Of a stretch of DNA of 64,000 nucleotides, positions 37,893-48,163 are shown one piece after another. Position 1 is the stretch's first letter. Each line of letters starts with the position of its first letter. Below the pieces are notes generated by a model. That model saw nothing but the letters and a program-made list of their open reading frames with translations, did no database searches and had not been told where the DNA came from. This stretch comes from a virus, in IMG/VR virus record IMGVR_UViG_3300046457_000143, positions 1 through 64,000 of that record; one strand, written 5' to 3'. Position numbers and translations under genes: made by a program.

Positions 37893-38660
37893 TTACTTGC
37901 TGCCGAACAGCGACTTGCGCGGCGCTGCTGCTGCACCGCCTGCTGCCGGTGCGCCCGACTTGGGCGACTGCGGCGGGCCGCCTGCGGTACCAGCCTGCTT
38001 GCCGTCGTACTTGCGGCCGTCCTTGACCTTGTCCCTGTTCAGGTCCAGCCAGGCGTCCCAGAACACCGGTGCATCGGCGCCGTTGCGGGCTTCCGCGCAG
38101 GTGAGCTTCAGCTCCGGGTGGAAGACCTTGTCGGTCGTGTTTTCTTCACGTTCTTCCGGACCCGGCACGTACACGCCGGCATCGTTCTTCACGTTCTTGT
38201 TCACGAGGCGGCGCAGGATGCCGAGAGCGACCTTCTGGCCCGTGCAATCGACGAGGTGCGGCATGGCCTTGTTGACCTGTTTGCCGTCTTCCCAGACCTG
38301 CACGACCTTGTCTTCGGCGTCCTGCTCGGCCAGACCCTTGCCGGTAGCGATCAGGCAGATGTCGTCGACCATCGTGAAGCCGGGCAGGGGAGACTTCTTG
38401 CCGGTCTTGTTGCCGCTGCGATCCTTGGCTTCGAACCAGTTCTCGCCGTTCTTGTTGGTGACCCAGAACACCTCGCGGTATTCCTTGCCGCCTTCTTCAC
38501 CGATGAAGGTGACCGAACGTGCGCCGCCATCCGAGGTGCCGGCGAACATCGCCTTGATGGTCATCTCGTAGATGTTGGAGTTGCGCGGCTGGTAGCCGCC
38601 CAGGCGGTCCTGCGATTCTTCCAGGCCATCGGTGCTGAGTTTTCCGAACAGAGTGCTCAT
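37893..38660 (-). CDS. Single-stranded DNA-binding protein/late activator (N4 gp45-like)
   Basis: LEESQDRLGG; YREVFWVTN; LPGF; C-terminal RKSLFG. Confidence 0.85.
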   Translation of the reverse strand: MSTLFGKLSTDGLEESQDRLGGYQPRNSNIYEMTIKAMFAGTSDGGARSVTFIGEEGGKEYREVFWVTNKNGENWFEAKDRSGNKTGKKSPLPGFTMVDDICLIATGKGLAEQDAEDKVVQVWEDGKQVNKAMPHLVDCTGQKVALGILRRLVNKNVKNDAGVYVPGPEEREENTTDKVFHPELKLTCAEARNGADAPVFWDAWLDLNRDKVKDGRKYDGKQAGTAGGPPQSPKSGAPAAGGAAAAPRKSLFGSK

Positions 38661-38731
38661 AATGTTTTCTTTATTTCCGTTTTGTTGATGTTTGAGTTCG
38701 CCGTTTGTGTGTAGAGAACCCGGTTGGTTGC

Positions 38732-39451
38732 TCAGCCGCCGTAATACGACTTCAGCCGGCCAAACACTTGCTTCAGATCGTTGTCGATATAAAGCTCGTT
38801 GCGATTCCAGAGACCCAGGGCGGAGCGCATCTTTTCCCCCTGGCTCTCCTTGGTGACGCGGGTACAGAAGACGTACTTGACGCCATCCTCGCGCTCCTCG
38901 TCGGTGATGTGCAGCAGATCGTTCTCGATGCTTTCGAGCTTCTTGACCGGCATCTGCTTGGTGCCGAGGATCGTGGTGAAGTCCGCTTCCACGCCGATCT
39001 TGCCGACGGCGCCCTTGATGGGCACCTTCGTCTCGAACGTGGCGGTCTGCTCGTTCACCTGCGTGTCCTCGTGGGCCATGATTGCGTAGTCCTTCGTGCC
39101 GGCCTTGATCTTGTGGATCAGATCCCGGTAGAAGTTGCCGTAGGCGCCCCACGCAGCCTGCGTGTTCACTGCGCCGACCACGTACTGGCGCTCGTACATC
39201 GACATGAGGAACGTGATCGTGTCGAGCACTGCACCCTTCACGTCATTCGTGCCTTCGATCTCGTCGATGTGGTTGAGCACTTCGTATGCGTCGGCCACTT
39301 CGACACTGGCCATGAACTTGTCCCGGAATGGGAGTTCCTTTAGGTCGGTGTTCAGATACACCATCGAGTCCTGCTCCAGGTTCCGAAGCGAGGTGGATTT
39401 CCCCGTGTTCGGTTTGCCCATGATCAGCACGATGTTCTTGTTCTGAGCCAT
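38732..39451 (-). CDS. Sak4-like AAA ATPase (N4 gp44-like)
   Basis: GKPNTGKSTSLRNL; VLDTITFLM. Confidence 0.85.
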   Translation of the reverse strand: MAQNKNIVLIMGKPNTGKSTSLRNLEQDSMVYLNTDLKELPFRDKFMASVEVADAYEVLNHIDEIEGTNDVKGAVLDTITFLMSMYERQYVVGAVNTQAAWGAYGNFYRDLIHKIKAGTKDYAIMAHEDTQVNEQTATFETKVPIKGAVGKIGVEADFTTILGTKQMPVKKLESIENDLLHITDEEREDGVKYVFCTRVTKESQGEKMRSALGLWNRNELYIDNDLKQVFGRLKSYYGG

Positions 39452-39521
39452 GTATTGCTCCCTTGAATGCGTGTTGGCCCAGTCGCCAACCCCAAACAAC
39501 AGGGTCGGCGGCCGATCCGGT

Positions 39522-41699
39522 TTATGCAGCTTTCTTGTTGAAGCGCTTGGCGACAGACACGAAGATCGTTTGACGGATCTCGTCCTCGGTCAGCCCGTTG
39601 CTGAGCTTCGCGTTGAAGGCCAGCGTCGCCTGCTGCACCGAATACAGATCCATGTCCGAATCCACCAGTGCCATGGCGAACTTGAGCAGGTTGTTATTGC
39701 GGTTGCCGCTGGCGATACGCTGCGCAAACCAGCGCTCGAGGTTGTCCATCGAGGCGATCTTTTTCATCTCCTCGTTGTGCGCCTCGTTCTTCGCCGTCTT
39801 CGGGATGAATGGCAGCGCATCGAGGATTTCGCCATCGAGGCTGTAGTGGTACTGACCCCCGGCAAAGCTCTCCCACTTCTTGCTTCTCTGGTTCGCTGCT
39901 TCATCGGTCGGGAACGGCAGCCACTCCATGATGGAATTCATGAAGGCCTTGTACTCGTCCGATGACAGCTCCAGCCGGTAGTTGATCGGCAGCACCAGCC
40001 GGAAGCGATCGCCGTTGCCGTCCTTGCGGTGGCGCTTGGTGGTGTAGGTCATGAACTTGTATTCCTTCATCAGCTCATGCACTACTTCCAGCGTCACGCC
40101 CTGGTCGATGTCGAGCACCACCAGGTTGAAGCCCGGCACCACGTTTTCCTCGGCCCGGTGGCCACCCTTCAGGAAGTGGTTGCACCAGTGCAGCGGATCG
40201 CCGTTGTCCTGCGCACCGTTGGTGAGCACATGCAACTGGTCAAACGGGATCGACTCCGAGAGGTAGTTGTAGGCCCAGTGCTCGCCATAGGAGAGGGTGA
40301 CCTCATTGAGATCCGTCTCCTGCAAAGTCTCACCTCTGTACAGCTCGATGCCGTCAGCGAAAGACTTCTTGATGATGATGTGGTTCTTGTAGCCATGGGC
40401 AATGGCCATCGTCATCATTTCGTTGCGCGCCGCCTGGCCGGTCTTGTAGTACGGCAGGTTCTCGTGCAGATCCGCGTGCGTGACTTCCTTGCCGCAGGTG
40501 GCGATGTACTTCGCCAGCTTCACGTAGGCTTTCTCGCGGTTCAGGATCTGCTCGAAGCTCTTGCCGCATTCCTCGACCAGCAGGATGGCGCTCATCAGAT
40601 GCTCCATCTCGACGGTCATCGACTTGTCGACGAACGCCAGCGCACCAGCGAGTTTGACGGCCTTCCAGTAACGGTGGCCGAGCTCCGCCTTGCGCACTTC
40701 CTCGTGCTCCGGCATGGTGGCGGCGGCCGCCTCACAGGCCAGGCGATACTGGATCAGACGCACGCCGACCGGTTCATCGACTTCCATGCGCCAGCCGTGC
40801 ATCGCCGGGTCTGCCAGGTCATGGAAGTGGGTGGCCCACTTCTTCACGTTGGCGTCGTTCGACGGGGAGGTGAGCTTCTTGTAGATCGCCTCGGCCGTTT
40901 CCCTGGTCTCGGGTTTCGTGACCTGATGGCCCCAGCCGAACAGGCAGCGCCGTGCGTAACCCGTATCCAGCATCGAGTAGAAAGCATCCTCCGTGATGGA
41001 GCCGTCGAGCAGCTTGGCGGGTGTGCCGAAGAGCAGCATGTTGGTCGGCGTCTTGCCGTCCATCTCCTGCCCACGGGTGTTTTCCGCCGTGTTCTTGGTC
41101 AGCTTCTGCTTTACCAGCCCCTGGTCGTAGAGTTCGAGGAACAGGTTCAGCACCTCGACTTCCTTGATCAGGTTGGAGCCGATTTCATCGATCTGAAGAT
41201 TGATGGAACCGGCCTGCGCCAGGATCAGCTTGCTGCGCAGCTGCTTGACTGCCGGCACGGTGCCCGAGTCGAACGTGAAGGCGTAGTGGCCAGCACGGGT
41301 GTATTCACCCTTGACCGCTTCGAACTCCTCGTTCGGATCCGACGCATTGCGCACGGCCCGGTTATTGGCGATGGTCCACAGATGCTTCTCTGCGATCACG
41401 CCCATCGTGTCCTCCATGAACCGCTCCTTGAAGCCGGCCATGAATTCGTTCTCGATGATGTTGACCGAGTGCCCCTTGCCGTAGCCCGAGGTGGCGAGCG
41501 CCAGTGCGTAGATGTTCACCGGAATCTCACCACGGTCCTTCGTAACAATCGTCGCCCGCATGTTGCTGGCGAGCTTGCCCAGGAAGTAGGCGACTTCTGT
41601 GCGGAAAAATCCGCGATCCGTGTTCTGCGTTTTATTGCAGAGCACATCGACCATCTCTTCGATGGCGGGGTGGTGGGTAACTCCGGTGAGATCAATCAT
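39522..41699 (-). CDS. DNA primase (N4 gp43-like)
   Basis: SGYGKGHS; IDEIGSNL; VLDID; YTTKRH; RFRLVLP; GNRNN (PriCT-like). Confidence 0.88.
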   Translation of the reverse strand: MIDLTGVTHHPAIEEMVDVLCNKTQNTDRGFFRTEVAYFLGKLASNMRATIVTKDRGEIPVNIYALALATSGYGKGHSVNIIENEFMAGFKERFMEDTMGVIAEKHLWTIANNRAVRNASDPNEEFEAVKGEYTRAGHYAFTFDSGTVPAVKQLRSKLILAQAGSINLQIDEIGSNLIKEVEVLNLFLELYDQGLVKQKLTKNTAENTRGQEMDGKTPTNMLLFGTPAKLLDGSITEDAFYSMLDTGYARRCLFGWGHQVTKPETRETAEAIYKKLTSPSNDANVKKWATHFHDLADPAMHGWRMEVDEPVGVRLIQYRLACEAAAATMPEHEEVRKAELGHRYWKAVKLAGALAFVDKSMTVEMEHLMSAILLVEECGKSFEQILNREKAYVKLAKYIATCGKEVTHADLHENLPYYKTGQAARNEMMTMAIAHGYKNHIIIKKSFADGIELYRGETLQETDLNEVTLSYGEHWAYNYLSESIPFDQLHVLTNGAQDNGDPLHWCNHFLKGGHRAEENVVPGFNLVVLDIDQGVTLEVVHELMKEYKFMTYTTKRHRKDGNGDRFRLVLPINYRLELSSDEYKAFMNSIMEWLPFPTDEAANQRSKKWESFAGGQYHYSLDGEILDALPFIPKTAKNEAHNEEMKKIASMDNLERWFAQRIASGNRNNNLLKFAMALVDSDMDLYSVQQATLAFNAKLSNGLTEDEIRQTIFVSVAKRFNKKAA

Positions 41700-42676
41700 G
41701 GCGTTTTCAGGTAACGGTCCTTCTGTGTGCAGACATTGAATGACTCACAGTACGAGCAGCGTTTGACTTCGCCGGGTACCGTGATGACAATTCCCTTGCC
41801 TCCCTTGTCGACCTTCCAGAACTGGTTCGCTTCGTGAAGCGCATCAAAATTCTTGGTCGATTTCCCCGAGGTCTTGGTGGGGTCGCTGTAATACTTGAAC
41901 TTCGGTGCCGAGCGCCAGAGTTCTTCTTCCGTGCACTCCGGCAGTTCGCTCTCCGGCGTGTTCCAGTACTTCTGGATCAGCGAGAGCTTCCAGGTGACCC
42001 ACGCTTCCGTCTCTTCGAGAGAAAGCAATGGCACGTCCTTGTAGGCCACCCGCTGCGGCGGATACTTCGGGTTGGACTTCGCATCCGCCGAACTCCAGTC
42101 CGTGAACAGGAAGTTGATGCGAATGAAGTCCTCGGTGATCTTGTCCGGGTTCAGCCAGCGATAGATCGAACCCTGCAGGCGGTAGTCGTCGTCCTTGCCG
42201 CCATAGATCCAGGTCCACACGGAGGTGGACTTGTAGTCCTGCACGATGCCTTCAGCCACCATGTCGAACTTGCCGCCGACGATGTAGACACGGCCATTGA
42301 CGTTGACTACCCTCTTGGCCCGCTGCTCCAGATAGATCGGGATCGTCCCTTCCTCTGGCTCATCGGGGTTGATACGGATGCGGTCGATCACATCGTCCGG
42401 ATAGCCGAGCAGCCGCAGTGATTCGCGGTGACCCTTGAGCCAGGCCTTCTCGATGGAATCGTGAATGGCCTTGCCAAGCGAGCTGGCAATGAAGTCGGCC
42501 ACATCGGGCATCACCTTCTGGTGAGCCGGGATGCGGTGCGGGAGTACGAGGTGACGGAGAGGGCGCATCAGCCGGGTGGCGCTGACGTAGTTCTCATCGT
42601 TCTGATAGTCGTACTCGTCATGCAGAAGCCACACTGCCATCGGCAGCGAGACATCATTGTTGTTGGTGACGAGCAT
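41696..42676 (-). CDS. PD-(D/E)XK/Cas4-like nuclease (N4 gp42-like)
   Basis: GGKFD...DYKSTS; QGSIYRWL; C-terminal C..C....C. Confidence 0.85.
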   Translation of the reverse strand: MLVTNNNDVSLPMAVWLLHDEYDYQNDENYVSATRLMRPLRHLVLPHRIPAHQKVMPDVADFIASSLGKAIHDSIEKAWLKGHRESLRLLGYPDDVIDRIRINPDEPEEGTIPIYLEQRAKRVVNVNGRVYIVGGKFDMVAEGIVQDYKSTSVWTWIYGGKDDDYRLQGSIYRWLNPDKITEDFIRINFLFTDWSSADAKSNPKYPPQRVAYKDVPLLSLEETEAWVTWKLSLIQKYWNTPESELPECTEEELWRSAPKFKYYSDPTKTSGKSTKNFDALHEANQFWKVDKGGKGIVITVPGEVKRCSYCESFNVCTQKDRYLKTP

Positions 42677-42724
42677 GAGGAGTCCTCAATGGTGAATGGG
42701 TAGAAGCGGAACCAGGGAAAGACT

Positions 42725-43069
42725 TCAGGGGATCTTGAATGCCTTGCTTACCTGGGCAGCGAATTCCCGTTCCTTCTGGGTCACCGGTTTTCCCTCAGCC
42801 AGCTCCAGCTCACGCAGGGAACGCCTGGCGTAGTGCACGCGCTTCTCAGCGTCGTACTTCGCTTTCTGCCCCGGCTTGCCATTGCCCAGACGGGCAGCGG
42901 CGGTGCGCCAGATCGCCTTGAATTCACAGGCTTCGTTGAAGTCCATGTTCAGGGCGGCGATGATGTCCTCGCACTCAGCCTGGTAGGGCAGCTGCTCTTC
43001 CCGCTGCGGATGATCCACCTGGGCCAGGTAGTAATTCACCCGGCCGCCTGTGAGCTTGGCGCCGCTCAT
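42725..43069 (-). CDS. DUF3310-like hypothetical protein
   Basis: ECEDII.ALNMDF.E...FKAIWR...YDAEK..HYA. Confidence 0.6.
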   Translation of the reverse strand: MSGAKLTGGRVNYYLAQVDHPQREEQLPYQAECEDIIAALNMDFNEACEFKAIWRTAAARLGNGKPGQKAKYDAEKRVHYARRSLRELELAEGKPVTQKEREFAAQVSKAFKIP

Positions 43070-43434
43070 TGCAGCGATACTCCGGCCGACTTGACGACCT
43101 CCAGCGCCGCAGCCTTCTTCACCACCGGGCGGTGCAGGAACTCTTCCTCGGTCATGAAACCGAGGCTGATGATGTTCTGGAACACCACGTCGATGACCTG
43201 GATTTCAGCGAACGCTTCATCACCCAGCTTGTGCTTGAGCACCATCTGCGCTTCGACCTGTGCACGGGCGAGCTCGGCAGCACCGATGCGGTCTTCCTTG
43301 CTGGTGATGCGGGCATTCAGGCGCGCAAAGGTCGGCTGACCCTTGGGCTGATTCTTCTCGTCGAGTACGACGAAGGTGATCTCGGCAGCGATCAGGAAGT
43401 GAAACCGCTTGCCGTTCTGGACGGTTGATTTCAT
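43066..43434 (-). CDS. Hypothetical protein (N4 gp40-like position)
   Basis: C-terminal DVVFQNIISLGFMTEEEF; GAGG RBS. Confidence 0.7.
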   Translation of the reverse strand: MKSTVQNGKRFHFLIAAEITFVVLDEKNQPKGQPTFARLNARITSKEDRIGAAELARAQVEAQMVLKHKLGDEAFAEIQVIDVVFQNIISLGFMTEEEFLHRPVVKKAAALEVVKSAGVSLQ

Positions 43435-43483
43435 GTGGGCCTCTTCTAAAGGGAAAGAAGGGGAGCACCGCGTTGGCTGCTCC

Positions 43484-43502
43484 CCTCAAACTTATATCTA
43501 AT
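43484..43502 (-). promoter_or_regulatory. Candidate middle promoter, ATTAGATATnnnTTTGAGG
   Basis: 16 fixed bases identical at 43484, 53937 and 57880, all intergenic and upstream of - strand genes. Confidence 0.6.
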
Positions 43503-43561
43503 GGATGGATGATAAAGGACTGATTCCGCAGTGTCCAGCGGTTAACGACACCCAAAGAAAG

Positions 43562-46219
43562 CTATGCAGGTTCGGCGGTCAGGATCTCTGCGATCTCCTC
43601 TTCCCTGGCCCCATTGGGGATGCCGATCTCGTCGGCCCAGGTCGGGAAGAACACGGACAGCTCGCCGCCGAGTTTGACCTCGTCGTGCCAGATATCCGGG
43701 TGGTCCTGCCACTGCACGGCCTTGACCAGGTGCTCATTCATGAAGGCGAGTGCGGCCAGATCCTCCCGGACCAGGTAATACTGCGCATCGTGAATGTGTG
43801 AGACCGGCCGGATGTCGTGCCGGTACTTCGACCCCCGCACCTTTTCCATGAATTCGACGCAGGCACGGGTGTTGAGCAGACACCAGCTCTGGCCCATGGC
43901 ATTGCCGGCTGTGCGGCCTTCCGCCTCGGCTTCCCGTGGCGTCTTGCTCGTGCCCCGGATAACCTGAGCCAGACGGGGAGTGCGGACCCGCAGCCCGAAA
44001 GCCACGGTGACGTAGCCGTCTTTGGCCGCCTGGTCGAGCCGGTCCTGCACCCACTTGATGCTGACGTGGTAGAGCGACTTGTAGGCCGCCTCAATGGCCG
44101 TGGCCAGCGTGAGCGTGAAGCCACAGTTCTTCATCAGCGTCGAGAAGGTGCCCTGATACGTCAGCGCAAAGGTGGGCGCCTTCGAGTCCTGCCGGTAGTC
44201 CTTGTACTTCACCTCGATGGAGTTGATGCTCGCCACCGAGTTGGGATCGATGTCGGGCATCTTGTCCCCGAAGTACGCGTGAGCACGTAGACAGTGACCG
44301 TCATAGCCATCGGTGTAGACCTTCAGCTTGTTCGGATCCTTCGTCGTGAGCGCACTGATGCGATCTTCGAGGGATGCGAAGTCCAGTCCCGTGAAGATCC
44401 AGCCGGGCGGCGCCTGGAAGCAGTACTTGATCAGCTTGCCGAGCGAGAGCTTGCCCTTCTTCACGAACTTGGCCAGCACCGGGTAGGCAGCGAGGAGCGC
44501 CGCGGAGATCGCCATCACCACGTTGGCCGGCAGATTCTGCATGTTCGGGTCGTTCGAACTCAGGCGGCCGGAGACCGTGCCGCCCAGGTTGTAGTTGCCG
44601 AACAGGTACCACCAGCCGTCCGGCCCCTGCTGCGCATTCTTCAGCGCCGGGATGAAGCTGGTCAGGATCTTGTCCACCGCCGCATGCTCAATCAGTGCGG
44701 CAAACATGGCCTGCACATCAGGATCCTTCGAGTGGTTCTTCAGCTTGTCGAGCGTGTCGCCATCGCACGAAGGCTGCCCGGTTTTCGTCAGCGAGATGAC
44801 TGGCAGGCCCAGCATGCCGTACAGCAGATCCTGCATCTGCGTGGACGAGCGTGGATTGAACACCACATCATCTGGCACTTCGGCCAGCGTGATGCGCTTC
44901 TTCTTCCACTTGCCGTGCATCTTCTCGATGTACTTTTCCTTCAGCCGGTACTCGAATTGCTCGATGACCTTTGTCCCCTTGAGACGGACCATCACATCGT
45001 CATACACCGCCTGTAATGCGGTATCGACTTCCATGACTGCAGGCATATAGACGGGCATGCCCGTCAGCTGCATCTGGATGATGTCCTTGGTCCCCGGCTT
45101 GAACAGCTTCTCGTAGGTGTTGAGTTGCTGGTCTGCCACCATCGTGGGGTAGTGCTTGTCGTGCGTGTACCAGGTCGAGAGGCCGTCGATCAGGTTGTAT
45201 TCGAGCAGCTGCGTGAGCGGGATCCGGGTGATGTCGTTGATCTCGGTCTGCGCGTAGTTGCCGGCGAATGCCTGTGCCTGCGTCTTCAGACTCAGGTCGT
45301 TACCGGCACACGAATTCGTCGCAAAGTACGTGATGAGCAGCGAGCAGTCCCAGTTCTTCAGCAGCACTTCCTGACCATGGAGCAACCCCTCGGTGTCGAG
45401 GATGTGATCCATGTAGAGCTGGTAGATCAGGATGTACACGTCGAAGGCGATCCGGTGATAGATCGCCCGCTGACTCATCCGCTCAAAGAAGTGCCGCAGC
45501 AGCTTCCTGCGGTGTTCGTTGCGCACCTGACGGCCGAACGGGGCAGACGTGGCGCCCTCGATGGGCACGTAGTCGACCGGGAAGGCAATTCCTTCTCCTT
45601 GGTTCCAGGCGAAGCTGATCGTGCCGATTCCGGCGTTGTAGTGCTTCAGGCCGAACGTCTCGATGTCCACCGTGAGTGGGACGTTCATGGCGAGGAGCCG
45701 CTCCAGCCACGCCTCGATCTCGCCGTCGGTCGTGGGATATTCCGCGAACCTGATGAGGTCGTGGCCGGGGGCGTTGTAGGCGCCGGTGGCGTGACCAACC
45801 AGCGCATCCATCGCCTGCTTGATCCGTTCCTTGCATCCCTTCGGATCATGGAACATGGTCCGGTACGAGGGGATGTAGAGCACCTTCTGCGGCCCGTACT
45901 TGCTGTCCATCACGTAGCCAAGATTGGCATCGGCCTTCGCAGCGCCGGTGAGCGCCTTGAAGTAGCCGGAGTCGGACACCAGGATGTACTGGCACTTGTT
46001 GTCGTCGATGACTTCCTGCAGCTGCTCGGTGAGGTAGCGCTGCATCTCACCGACCGAGGTTTTCTTGCCGGTGAAGTGCAGGTCCAGCACCATCACGTCT
46101 TCCTTATCCACCACTGAGCCAGAGGGGAAATAGACCCGCTCGATCTCGCTGATCTGGATCTGCCCGACCAGCAGGCAGACGGGATAGGTGGGTTGCTGCT
46201 CCCAGACGTGGTGGCGCAT
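43562..46219 (-). CDS. Family A DNA polymerase with 3'-5' exonuclease (N4 gp39-like)
   Basis: DIET; SGRLSS.DPNMQN; DFASLEDR; RQDSKAPTFALTY; HIHDA. Confidence 0.95.
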   Translation of the reverse strand: MRHHVWEQQPTYPVCLLVGQIQISEIERVYFPSGSVVDKEDVMVLDLHFTGKKTSVGEMQRYLTEQLQEVIDDNKCQYILVSDSGYFKALTGAAKADANLGYVMDSKYGPQKVLYIPSYRTMFHDPKGCKERIKQAMDALVGHATGAYNAPGHDLIRFAEYPTTDGEIEAWLERLLAMNVPLTVDIETFGLKHYNAGIGTISFAWNQGEGIAFPVDYVPIEGATSAPFGRQVRNEHRRKLLRHFFERMSQRAIYHRIAFDVYILIYQLYMDHILDTEGLLHGQEVLLKNWDCSLLITYFATNSCAGNDLSLKTQAQAFAGNYAQTEINDITRIPLTQLLEYNLIDGLSTWYTHDKHYPTMVADQQLNTYEKLFKPGTKDIIQMQLTGMPVYMPAVMEVDTALQAVYDDVMVRLKGTKVIEQFEYRLKEKYIEKMHGKWKKKRITLAEVPDDVVFNPRSSTQMQDLLYGMLGLPVISLTKTGQPSCDGDTLDKLKNHSKDPDVQAMFAALIEHAAVDKILTSFIPALKNAQQGPDGWWYLFGNYNLGGTVSGRLSSNDPNMQNLPANVVMAISAALLAAYPVLAKFVKKGKLSLGKLIKYCFQAPPGWIFTGLDFASLEDRISALTTKDPNKLKVYTDGYDGHCLRAHAYFGDKMPDIDPNSVASINSIEVKYKDYRQDSKAPTFALTYQGTFSTLMKNCGFTLTLATAIEAAYKSLYHVSIKWVQDRLDQAAKDGYVTVAFGLRVRTPRLAQVIRGTSKTPREAEAEGRTAGNAMGQSWCLLNTRACVEFMEKVRGSKYRHDIRPVSHIHDAQYYLVREDLAALAFMNEHLVKAVQWQDHPDIWHDEVKLGGELSVFFPTWADEIGIPNGAREEEIAEILTAEPA

Positions 46220-46236
46220 GGCGTGAAGTTCCTTCT

Positions 46237-46776
46237 TCAGTAAATCATTCGACTGATTGCATACAGCTCGATCCTCGGCAGGATCCGCTGGTACATCTTC
46301 AAGTCCCGATCGTTCAGACATGCGGCCTCCTCGAAAGGAACAGTACGGGGGGTCTGCCGGTCACGCTCATTGAGATAGCTGATGAGCACTTCAGGCAGAC
46401 GGTTGCGAAAATCCTGGGTGTCGGTGTAGCCATTCAGGCACTTGTAGAGCATCTGCTGGATCGACTGACGGTCCCGGTCGATGTAGGTCCGGTCGGCCAG
46501 GTGGTCATCCATGTCCGACCAGAGCGTCAGGTGCAGCGTCGGGTAATGCCGGTTCTGGGGGATGGCGAATGCCCGTGCCGAGCGGTACACCGTGCCCTTG
46601 TACATAAAGGCGAGCACCCCATGCGACGGGGCAATCTCTTCCTGCCGCTCGACCATGCGGTCGATGGCGGTTTGCAGCCGGCGATTCTCGGCGGCGAACA
46701 TCTGCGCCAGCATCCCGTCGATGAACTTCGACAGGGCGTTTTCCGGCGTCGTTGGGGTTGGTCCTCGGCGGGGCAT
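46237..46776 (-). CDS. Conserved hypothetical protein (N4 gp38-like)
   Basis: Lies between helicase and polymerase; QDFRNRLPE; GAGG RBS. Confidence 0.7.
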   Translation of the reverse strand: MPRRGPTPTTPENALSKFIDGMLAQMFAAENRRLQTAIDRMVERQEEIAPSHGVLAFMYKGTVYRSARAFAIPQNRHYPTLHLTLWSDMDDHLADRTYIDRDRQSIQQMLYKCLNGYTDTQDFRNRLPEVLISYLNERDRQTPRTVPFEEAACLNDRDLKMYQRILPRIELYAISRMIY

Positions 46777-46791
46777 AGCTCTTCCTCTGGT

Positions 46792-48102
46792 TCAGGTAAT
46801 GAGGCCTCCAAACTTGGACGCCAGTTCGCCATAACAGACGACACGGCGGCGTGCACGGGAGAAGGCGACGTAAAGCAGGCGGGCTGCCTGATCGGGGTTG
46901 CGGCAGGTGGACAGGTCACCCAGGTCGAGAAAGACCGTCTCGTAGGTGCTGCCCTGGGCCTTGTGCGTGGTGGCTGCATCACGCTGGCGAAGGTCGGGAA
47001 AACCGTTCTTCAGTGCGTAATAGGTCCGCCACAGCTTCTTGCCCTTGTAGTACTTGAGCAGGCTGTCATAGTGGTCCCGGTCCACCGGAATCATCACGTC
47101 CCGGTACACCTCGTTGTACCGGTTTTGCAGCACCGCACGGACACACTCGAGCTCGGCATCGCCTTCGTTGATGTCGACCATTTCATTGGTCGGATTCAGC
47201 TCGACGATCTCGACTTCCTCTTCGGCGTGCATGGTGCCGTTTTTTACGACGCAGCCGCCGTTGTTGACCAGGAACTCGCCCACGGTGAAGTCATCGCCCA
47301 GTCCCCGGAGATCCCGGATGTGCTGGTTGTAGAGCTTCACGCGGTTGTTCGTGTAGCAGAGGATGCGGCTGTCAAACGTCTGCTGTTTGAACGTGCGCTC
47401 GATCTCGGCTTCCATCTGGGCGGAGTCGAGCAGGTCGATCACACCCGGCACGATCCGGATCGGATGAAAGACACCGTCGTTGACCGTCTGGCGAAGCTGC
47501 GCATTGGTCGCCTGCAGATCCGGGTTGTTGGTCCGCATCTGCTCGGTCAGCTCGAAGAAGTTCGTTGTCGCCTGCGGGCCATAGACCGGGCTGACGGCTT
47601 CCATCACCGGGTTGAGCTGGCGATCGTCCCCGACGAACACGATCTTGCAGTTCAGCGTGCCTTCACGAATCATGTTCAGCAGACCTGTGTCGATCATCGA
47701 GGCCTCGTCGATGAAGATGATCTTGTTGCGGTGAATCGTCCACTGCTTGCCCCGGTCCAGATAGGTCTTGCCACTGGACCAGTCCTCCCTGATGACGAGA
47801 TTCATGAAGGAGTGGATGGTGGAAGTGGGGCGCTTGGCCGCTTCGGCCAGCACTTCGGCGGCCTTGTTGGTGGTTGCCGTCATCACCACTTCCGTGTATT
47901 CGGGCTTCACGTCGATCATCTTGCAGGTGTTCAGATAACTGGGCATGACCTGGTCAATCAGATGCGACATGAGGTACGTTTTACCCACACCACCGGGGCC
48001 GGAGATGCGGATCTCTTTCTCAGGGCTGAACAGGAAGTCCATGAAGCCATCAGCCGCTGCCTTTTGTCCCTGGTTCAGCGGGACGGTTTTCAGTTGTTCC
48101 AT
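46792..48102 (-). CDS. SF1B Dda-like DNA helicase (N4 gp37-like)
   Basis: GPGGVGKT; IDEASM; GDDRQLNPV; THKAQGST; YVAFSRAR. Confidence 0.93.
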   Translation of the reverse strand: MEQLKTVPLNQGQKAAADGFMDFLFSPEKEIRISGPGGVGKTYLMSHLIDQVMPSYLNTCKMIDVKPEYTEVVMTATTNKAAEVLAEAAKRPTSTIHSFMNLVIREDWSSGKTYLDRGKQWTIHRNKIIFIDEASMIDTGLLNMIREGTLNCKIVFVGDDRQLNPVMEAVSPVYGPQATTNFFELTEQMRTNNPDLQATNAQLRQTVNDGVFHPIRIVPGVIDLLDSAQMEAEIERTFKQQTFDSRILCYTNNRVKLYNQHIRDLRGLGDDFTVGEFLVNNGGCVVKNGTMHAEEEVEIVELNPTNEMVDINEGDAELECVRAVLQNRYNEVYRDVMIPVDRDHYDSLLKYYKGKKLWRTYYALKNGFPDLRQRDAATTHKAQGSTYETVFLDLGDLSTCRNPDQAARLLYVAFSRARRRVVCYGELASKFGGLIT

Positions 48103-48163
48103 GTAGGAGTCCTAATAGGGATACGCCCCTGACCGGAGCCAGGGGGACAAACAGATGGGGGAG

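Noticed and set aside
37893-39152. 419-aa version of SSB overlapping the Sak4-like gene
   Set aside because: The extension is a shadow frame; the N4-like SSB N-terminus begins at 38660
41696-42676. Cas4-like nuclease as evidence of a CRISPR system
   Set aside because: Core N4 replication-block gene; no repeat-spacer array or other cas genes seen
43505-43560. Possible pseudoknot or ribozyme after the polymerase gene (GTGTC/GACAC with CCGC/GCGG)
   Set aside because: The linker is too short for an H-type pseudoknot and there is no match to ribozyme cores I know
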